Below are positions 58,691 through 64,000 of a stretch of DNA of 64,000 bases, piece by piece. Position 1 is the first letter of the stretch. Each line of letters starts with the position of its first letter. The stretch comes from an uncultured bacterium. Its GTDB lineage: Bacteria; Patescibacteriota; Minisyncoccia; Phycocordibacterales; UBA9973. Location: NCBI GenBank assembly GCA_903892035.1, contig CAITGV010000001.1:91624-155623 (forward strand), in the 5' to 3' direction. The translations under genes were made by a program, and so were the position numbers. The notes under the pieces are model-generated. The model saw nothing but the letters and a program-made list of their open reading frames with translations. It did no database searches and was not told where the DNA came from.

Positions 58691-58871
58691 AGATTTTTAC
58701 ACAGCCAAAGAACTGGCAGATAAACTGCGAGTAAATATAATGACCATCTATCGCTATATAGGTGCGAAAGGTGCAAAGAAATTAAATGCCTATAAATTTG
58801 GCAAGGAATTTAGAATTGATAAGAAAGAGTTTGATAGTTTCTTGAACAAGGCAAAAACTAATGGAAAATAA
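58680..58871 (+). CDS. excisionase-family HTH DNA-binding protein
   Basis: YTAKELADKLRVNIMTIYRYI HTH. Overlaps the serine recombinase start. Confidence 0.5.
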   Translation: MSNKDFYTAKELADKLRVNIMTIYRYIGAKGAKKLNAYKFGKEFRIDKKEFDSFLNKAKTNGK

Positions 58872-60468
58872 AACTGTCAAAATGATATATGGTGGCTACC
58901 ACAGAAAATCTACCGAATCTGAGGATAGGCAGGTTCTTTCTATTGATTCTCAAATTGATGAGGGTAAGAGAATCGCAGATAGCTTAGGGATAAAAGTGAA
59001 ACCTGAGCATATTCTTTCAGAATCAAAATCAGCCAAAGTAACTGGTAAGCGATTAAAGTTCCAGCAAATGCTCAGTATGATTGAGCGAGGAGAAATAAAT
59101 GGAATCATTGTATGGCACGCAGACAGGCTTTCAAGAAATGCTATGGACTCAGCTTTACTTATTGACCTGATAGATAAAGGAAAACTTATTGAAATAGTTA
59201 CGCCAGCACAAACATTCAGGAATACTCCGTTAGATAAATTTATGTTTATGTTCCAGTGTAGTCAGGCAAAAATGGAGAACGACAAAAAAGGCGTTGATGT
59301 AACAAGAGGACTTCATAAAAAAGCTAGTCTCGGAATGTATCCTGCACCAGCACCTGTTGGTTACAAAAATGATAAGTATGCAGAGAAAGGAAACAAAGTG
59401 CCACTAGTAGATGCGGAAAGATTCCCACTGGTGCGAAAAATGATAGACCTTATGCTTACAGGAAATTATACTGTGGCGGAGATATGGAGAATCGCAAGAA
59501 ACGAATGGGGCTTTACTATGCCGAGTGGAAAGAAAATCAGTAGACCTACTGTTTATAGAATTTTCTCAAACCCTTTTTATTATGGGAGATACGAATATCC
59601 TCTCAGAAGCGGTAAGTGGTATGACGCTATCCATACTCCGATGATGGATGTGGAGGAGTACGACAAGATTCAATTTATCCTTGGCAAGAAAGGTAAACCT
59701 AGACCGAAGTCTCACATATTTGATTTTACAGGAATGATGCACTGCGGAGAGTGCGGAGCAAGTATTACAGCCGAGACAAAAATTAAAAGGCAGAAAAATG
59801 GGAACATTCATACCTATGTTTACTATCACTGCACTAAAAGAATAAATCCAAACTGCACGCAAGGCTCTATTGAGGAGAAAGATTTAAAGAAGCAAATTGT
59901 AGCTGAAATTGAGAGTATTGAAATACCGCCAGAATTTCATAGTTTTGCTATGAAATGGTTTAAGAAAGAGAACGAAAAAGAAATTGATGGTCGTAATGCT
60001 GTTATAAAAGCCAATGAGAAAGCCTACAAGGCTTGTTTAGCGAAGATTGACGGCTTAACCGATATGAGAGCGGGTGGCGAAATATCAGCCGTAGAATTTG
60101 CTGAAAGAAAAATAAAATTCCTTGCAGAAAAGAAACAACTTGATAATTTATACGGTGATACAAGTAAGAGAGTAGATAGGTGGCTAGATACTGCCGATAA
60201 TATGTTTACTTTTATTGAAAACGCAAAAGATAAATTTGAAAATGGAACGATTCAGACAAGACGCTCAATACTTTCAACACTAGGTTCAGACCTCATACTA
60301 AAGGATAAAATACTCAGTATTGATATAGATAAATCACTCTTTCCAATAAAAAGAGTCTCAAAAGAGGCTAATGCAATTAGTAAACGGTTAGAACCTCTCA
60401 AAACTATTGATAAACAAAGAGAATTTGACCTTTTGTGTGATAAAAATCCCGTAATGCGGAGGCGGTGA
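58861..60468 (+). CDS. large serine recombinase (paralog of the 5037..6368 gene)
   Basis: YHRKST catalytic Ser, ADRLSRN, and zinc ribbon CGECGA...YYHCTKRINPNC. By eye about 45 % identical to the first recombinase. Confidence 0.85.
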   Translation: MENKTVKMIYGGYHRKSTESEDRQVLSIDSQIDEGKRIADSLGIKVKPEHILSESKSAKVTGKRLKFQQMLSMIERGEINGIIVWHADRLSRNAMDSALLIDLIDKGKLIEIVTPAQTFRNTPLDKFMFMFQCSQAKMENDKKGVDVTRGLHKKASLGMYPAPAPVGYKNDKYAEKGNKVPLVDAERFPLVRKMIDLMLTGNYTVAEIWRIARNEWGFTMPSGKKISRPTVYRIFSNPFYYGRYEYPLRSGKWYDAIHTPMMDVEEYDKIQFILGKKGKPRPKSHIFDFTGMMHCGECGASITAETKIKRQKNGNIHTYVYYHCTKRINPNCTQGSIEEKDLKKQIVAEIESIEIPPEFHSFAMKWFKKENEKEIDGRNAVIKANEKAYKACLAKIDGLTDMRAGGEISAVEFAERKIKFLAEKKQLDNLYGDTSKRVDRWLDTADNMFTFIENAKDKFENGTIQTRRSILSTLGSDLILKDKILSIDIDKSLFPIKRVSKEANAISKRLEPLKTIDKQREFDLLCDKNPVMRRR

Positions 60469-60542
60469 GATTCGAACTCACGGTCCTTTAAAGGGACGAC
60501 GGTTTAGTAAACCGTTGATTTAAACCACTCATCCACGCCTCC
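60457..60542 (-). tRNA. class-II (long variable arm, Ser-like) tRNA with anticodon loop UUACUAA, i.e. apparent anticodon ACU. CCA is not encoded.
   Basis: Hand-folded. Acceptor GGAGGCG/CGCCUCC, T-arm GUGAG-UUCGAAU-CUCAC, anticodon stem ACGGU/ACCGU, variable stem GUCC/GGAC. The last 12 nt are overlapped by the recombinase stop. Confidence 0.55.
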
Positions 60543-60610
60543 AGTGGTAGCTTAACTTATAACATTTTATGGAGAAAAAAACAAAAATATGCTACTCTTT
60601 CTTGGTATTT

Positions 60611-60695
60611 GGAGACGTGTCGGAGTGGTCTAACGTACCTCCTTGCTAAGGAGGCAGGCTTCACGGCCTCGCGAGTTCGAATCTCGCCGTCTCCG
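60611..60695 (+). tRNA. tRNA-Ser (anticodon GCU)
   Basis: Acceptor GGAGACG/CGUCUCC, anticodon stem CCUCC/GGAGG with loop UUGCUAA, long variable arm, T-arm GCGAG-UUCGAAU-CUCGC, G73. Confidence 0.85.
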
Positions 60696-60697
60696 CT

Positions 60698-61174
60698 ATG
60701 AAGAAAATTCCTATAGGTATCGTTCACGGAAGATTTCAGCCACTACATAGTGGGCATTTGAAATACATACTTGCAGGACTCGCAAGATGTGATTTTTTAT
60801 ATATTGGGGTTTGTACACCAAAACTTTGCACTAAAGAAGAGGCAGAAAAAACTGGCTTCCCCTGCCTACCAGAACAAAACCCACTTTCTTTTATTGAAAG
60901 AAAAAAAATGATAGTGGAAGCATTGAAAGAAAAAAATATTCCAAATAAAAAATATAAAATTATTAAATTTCCAAGTGATTATAAAAATATTGAAAAATAC
61001 ATTCCTAAAAATACTACATTTTTTATGACGGCATGGAATGACGAAGGGGAAAATAAGGTAAAAGCTCTGCGAAGGCTTGGTTTAAAAGTTTCAGTTTTAA
61101 GTTCCATAAAAAAGGAGAAAGGTGAAAAAAGTGGGACTGAAATAAGAAAAATATTCGCTCGTGCGGTAACTTAA
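60698..61174 (+). CDS. archaeal-type nicotinamide-nucleotide adenylyltransferase-like nucleotidyltransferase
   Basis: GRFQPLHSGH motif. Confidence 0.55.
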   Translation: MKKIPIGIVHGRFQPLHSGHLKYILAGLARCDFLYIGVCTPKLCTKEEAEKTGFPCLPEQNPLSFIERKKMIVEALKEKNIPNKKYKIIKFPSDYKNIEKYIPKNTTFFMTAWNDEGENKVKALRRLGLKVSVLSSIKKEKGEKSGTEIRKIFARAVT

Positions 61175-61178
61175 TTTA

Positions 61179-61224
61179 TTCGCGCTTAACCCTCTCTACG
61201 GGGGCTCCGACACGCTCAAAAATT
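61179..61224. repeat. 46-nt intergenic motif, copy 2
   Basis: TTCGCGCTTAACCCTCTCTACGGGGGCTCCGACACGCTCAAAAATT. Matches copy 1 at 44 of 46 positions. Confidence 0.7.
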
Positions 61225-61276
61225 ATGTTACCGCACTCACAAATTACTTTTTCCCAGCCTGTGCTATAATTTTTAT

Positions 61277-61966
61277 ATGAGTGAAATTACAAAAGAGGAA
61301 AATATTGCAATCGAAGCACACCAGCTAAAGACAAATTTAGGTGCGGCAAAGTGGGTACTAAAAATGATGGAGGATGGTGACACAGGAGCTCTCACAGAAG
61401 AACAAAGAGGATTAATAAACAAACTCTACAAAAACAATGAAGACATGCTCGCTCAAGTAGGTAAAATGCTTGCAATCAGTCGCGACGGTGAGAAAAGTGA
61501 AGAGTACAATTTTACTTCTGTAGATTTAATAAAGATTACAGACGATGTTCTTTTTGCATTCCGTGAACAAATTTTAAAAAGACAAATTGAAGTTATTTTT
61601 ATTCGCCCTGAGGAAAATATGCTAGCAAAAGCAGATGCTAAAAAAATTCATATTGTAATACAAAACCTAATTGAAAATGCTATTAAGTATGGAAGCGAAA
61701 AAGGTAAAATTTTTATATCTGCAAGAAAAATAGACAATACGGTAGAGATGGCAGTAAAAGACTCTGGTTTAAAAATTTCTGAAAGTGACCAGCCAAATAT
61801 ATTTGAAAAATATTTCCGTGGAGAAAAAGGTTTGGCAAATGAAACAAGTACCGGACTTGGCCTTTATATTACAAAAAATATCATAGAAAATCATGGTGGC
61901 AAGATCTGGTTTGAAAGCACAGACTCTAGTACAACCTTTTACTTTACCTTGCCAGCTATGGTATAA
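61277..61966 (+). CDS. cytoplasmic sensor histidine kinase (HisKA plus HATPase_c, no TM)
   Basis: H-box EAHQLKTNLG. N-box IQNLIENAIKY. G-boxes DSGLKI and GLGLYI. Confidence 0.6.
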   Translation: MSEITKEENIAIEAHQLKTNLGAAKWVLKMMEDGDTGALTEEQRGLINKLYKNNEDMLAQVGKMLAISRDGEKSEEYNFTSVDLIKITDDVLFAFREQILKRQIEVIFIRPEENMLAKADAKKIHIVIQNLIENAIKYGSEKGKIFISARKIDNTVEMAVKDSGLKISESDQPNIFEKYFRGEKGLANETSTGLGLYITKNIIENHGGKIWFESTDSSTTFYFTLPAMV

Positions 61967-61973
61967 TGTTTTT

Positions 61974-62339
61974 ATGAGTAAAAAGATATTAGTAGTTGAA
62001 GATGATTCATTTCTGTCGGGCCTCGAAGCAAAAAAGCTAACAATGGAGGGTTTTGAAGTTTCTACAGCACCAGATGGCGAGACGGCTGTAAAGCTCGCAG
62101 ATCAACTTAAACCTGATCTTATTCTTCTCGACCTTATTCTCCCTGGAATGGACGGTTTTGGTGTACTCGAAAAAGTTCGTAAAAACGAAGCTCTAAAAAA
62201 TGTACCTATTTTGGCATTTTCAAATCTTTCTGAAGAAAAAGACGTAGCAAAAGCAAAAGAACTAGGTGCAGTGGACTTTATGATAAAATCAAATTTTACT
62301 CTCGATGAAGTCGTAGCTAAAGTAAAAGAATATATATAA
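61974..62339 (+). CDS. response regulator, receiver domain only
   Basis: ILVVEDD..D..LPGMDG..K receiver motifs. Confidence 0.75.
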   Translation: MSKKILVVEDDSFLSGLEAKKLTMEGFEVSTAPDGETAVKLADQLKPDLILLDLILPGMDGFGVLEKVRKNEALKNVPILAFSNLSEEKDVAKAKELGAVDFMIKSNFTLDEVVAKVKEYI

Positions 62340-62343
62340 TTTT

Positions 62344-62550
62344 ATGAGTAAAAAGAAAAAACTTTATGTTGTTATTGCTGTATTTATTGTAATAATCATC
62401 ACATATCTTATAGTTAGTAAGACCATCCCTACCCCAGGCTCACAGCCAGCAACTCAAAACAACGCTACTGACCAAAATGATTTTCCAAGTGCGCAAAATT
62501 CTCCAAACGAAGTAGCACCCCCAGATGTTACTCACAATGCAACTAAGTGA
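62344..62550 (+). CDS. small TM protein
   Basis: Single TM helix (LYVVIAVFIVIIITYLIV). Confidence 0.3.
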   Translation: MSKKKKLYVVIAVFIVIIITYLIVSKTIPTPGSQPATQNNATDQNDFPSAQNSPNEVAPPDVTHNATK

Positions 62551-64000
62551 TTCCATATCAAAACATTTTCGTCTAGACTCTCAAACAGAGAGTAGCTTAA
62601 AACGCCTAGGTCTTGAAAAAATAAAGGACCTTATTTTTTATTTTCCAATTCGATATGGCGATATGAGTGCACTTAAAAATGTGGCTGATCTTGTCGCAGG
62701 AGAGACCGCGACTCTATATGGCACAATAAAAAATCCAAAAACAAAAAAAGGTTTTGTTTCAAAGATACCAATGGCTGAAGCAACATTTGAAGACCTATCG
62801 GGAAGCATAAAAATTATTTGGTTTCACCAAGCATATTTAGCAAAAATGGTTCACGACGGTCAATCTGTAAAACTTACCGGAAAAGTTTCAGAAAATAAAA
62901 ATGGTTTATACCTCTCAAATCCTGAATTTGAGAAAGTTTCCACAATGCCCATTGATAGCAACTCCTCACTTTTCAAAAATGGACAGAATAATGAGACAAT
63001 CTTTGGTGGCGGCTATCCTGTTTACAAAGAAACAAAAGGTCTTTCTTCAAAATGGATTTATCATACAATAATAAAAATTTTCAAAAGCGGGCTTTTAGAC
63101 AACATATCTGAATACTTACCAGAAAAAATATTAGAAAAATATCATCTACCGAAACTAAAAACAGCACTTATTTGGATTCACTCTCCAAAGAAGAAAGAGG
63201 ACGCCGAAAGTGCAAGAAAACGTTTTGCTTTTGAAGAAGTATTTTTTATTCAACTTCAACGTGCACATGAAAGAAATAATTTTGAAAAAAATAATGCATA
63301 CATTGTAAATACGGACAAAAATGATATAGAAAATTTTGTGAATCGTTTTCCATTTCAAATGACAAAATCTCAAGAGAATGCAATAAATGCAATTTTGGAT
63401 AATATGGAAAAATCAAACCCTATGGCTCGCCTACTCGAAGGTGATGTGGGTAGCGGAAAAACTGCTGTCGCTGCAACATCTGCGTATTCTGTTATAAAAA
63501 ATAGACCACCAAAGCCACAGGCCTTGCCTAGGGGAATTCCCCTAGGCAAGGCCTGTGGTGAAAGGCAAGCTTTTGGAAATCTTCAAGTCGCATATATGGC
63601 ACCAACAGAAATTCTTGCGACTCAACATTTTGAAAATTTTATTCAGTACTTCAAACACACCGGAATATCCATTGGATTAATTACTGGAAGTGGTTGCAGA
63701 AAATTTCCAACCAAAGTCGCATCTGCGCGTGAACCATGGACAAATATTTCTCGTGCACAACTTTTGAAATGGGTTGCAAATGGTGAGATTCCAATATTAA
63801 TTGGAACTCATGCTCTTATCCAAAAATCTGTAAAATTTAAAGATTTAGCACTTGTGATTGTCGATGAACAACATCGTTTTGGAGCCCTGCAACGCGCTCG
63901 ACTTGCAAAAAAAGAAAATTTTGCACCACACTACCTTTCAATGACTGCAACCCCAATTCCCCGCACATTGGCTCTCACAATTTATGGTGACCTCGACCTT
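62537..64000 (+). CDS. recG: ATP-dependent DNA helicase RecG (3'-partial, runs off the window)
   Basis: N-terminal wedge domain, helicase motif I GDVGSGKT, MAPTEILATQH, motif II VIVDEQHRFG. Alternative start at 62525. Confidence 0.85.
   Translation, partial: MQLSDSISKHFRLDSQTESSLKRLGLEKIKDLIFYFPIRYGDMSALKNVADLVAGETATLYGTIKNPKTKKGFVSKIPMAEATFEDLSGSIKIIWFHQAYLAKMVHDGQSVKLTGKVSENKNGLYLSNPEFEKVSTMPIDSNSSLFKNGQNNETIFGGGYPVYKETKGLSSKWIYHTIIKIFKSGLLDNISEYLPEKILEKYHLPKLKTALIWIHSPKKKEDAESARKRFAFEEVFFIQLQRAHERNNFEKNNAYIVNTDKNDIENFVNRFPFQMTKSQENAINAILDNMEKSNPMARLLEGDVGSGKTAVAATSAYSVIKNRPPKPQALPRGIPLGKACGERQAFGNLQVAYMAPTEILATQHFENFIQYFKHTGISIGLITGSGCRKFPTKVASAREPWTNISRAQLLKWVANGEIPILIGTHALIQKSVKFKDLALVIVDEQHRFGALQRARLAKKENFAPHYLSMTATPIPRTLALTIYGDLDL
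63515..63558. repeat. perfect 44-bp GC-rich palindrome inside recG, in frame
   Basis: CCACAGGCCTTGCCTAGGGGAA|TTCCCCTAGGCAAGGCCTGTGG. Encodes PQALPRGIPLGKACG between helicase motifs I and Ia. Confidence 0.8.

Larger units (their letters stand above)
53922..60542. mobile_element. integrated element with tyrosine-integrase and serine-recombinase modules, ending at a tRNA 3' end
   Basis: Two xis-like HTH plus recombinase pairs. The recombinase ORF overlaps the tRNA 3' end. GC-rich hairpin cluster at the left edge. Confidence 0.5.

Noticed and set aside
1-64000. Alternative genetic code (UGA recoding, as in some candidate-phylum lineages)
   Set aside because: Long conserved genes (pyrG, ligA, gatA, pilB) are intact single ORFs under the standard code, and genes terminate with TAA, TAG and TGA.

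Overview
This 64-kb window is an AT-rich chromosome segment (roughly mid-30s % GC by eye) that looks like a small-genome, CPR/Patescibacteria-like bacterium. That lineage call is an inference from an oversized type IV pilus/competence locus, ComFC, GH130 phosphorylases, Lys-rich protein tails and archaeal-type NMNAT. Long conserved ORFs are intact, so the standard genetic code is in use.

Layout from left to right:
- 1-6.4 kb: a clearly GC-richer (~48-50 % by eye) phage-like island. It carries a ParB-nuclease/DNA-methyltransferase fusion, terminase small and large subunits, two membrane proteins (one with an HNH-like nuclease motif) and a large serine recombinase preceded by a perfect 16-bp inverted repeat. 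No capsid or portal genes are present.
- 6.4-12.4 kb: an AT-rich three-gene operon centred on a 1518-aa protein that fuses an Upf1/DNA2-like SF1 helicase, a DUF559/Vsr-like endonuclease and topoisomerase-type zinc ribbons, with a membrane protein on each side.
- 12.4-12.7 kb: tRNA-Gln(CUG).
- 12.7-18.2 kb: a mannoside-salvage cluster with two GH130 phosphorylases, a PMM-like HAD, a HIGH-motif nucleotidyltransferase and a cupin PMI.
- 18-32.6 kb: housekeeping genes rlmB, pyrG, ftsX/ftsE, prfB, gatC/gatA and ligA, plus a solo MazF/EndoA-like toxin and a radical-SAM RlmN-like gene.
- 32.6-46.4 kb: a large type IV pilus locus (pilM, pilN, pilO, pilB, pilT, pilC, pilD, a CheY-like regulator and at least 8 pilin/pseudopilin genes) plus comF.
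- 46.4-54 kb: a defence-like stretch with an ATP-grasp ligase, a SpoT-like HD alarmone hydrolase fused to an unknown domain, a DUF2779-like dual nuclease and a type IIG restriction-modification enzyme.
- 54-60.5 kb: an integrated element carrying both a tyrosine integrase and a second large serine recombinase, each with an excisionase-like HTH gene. The serine recombinase ORF overlaps the 3' end of a class-II tRNA whose anticodon reads ACU.
- 60.6-64 kb: tRNA-Ser(GCU), an NMNAT-like gene, a histidine kinase/response regulator pair and a partial recG.

Three sequence oddities stand out:
- A 44-bp perfect GC-rich palindrome inserted in frame inside recG.
- A 46-nt intergenic motif present twice, about 31 kb apart.
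- Several GC-rich hairpin clusters in intergenic DNA.

All calls come from reading the sequence and from motif knowledge. No database searches were run.
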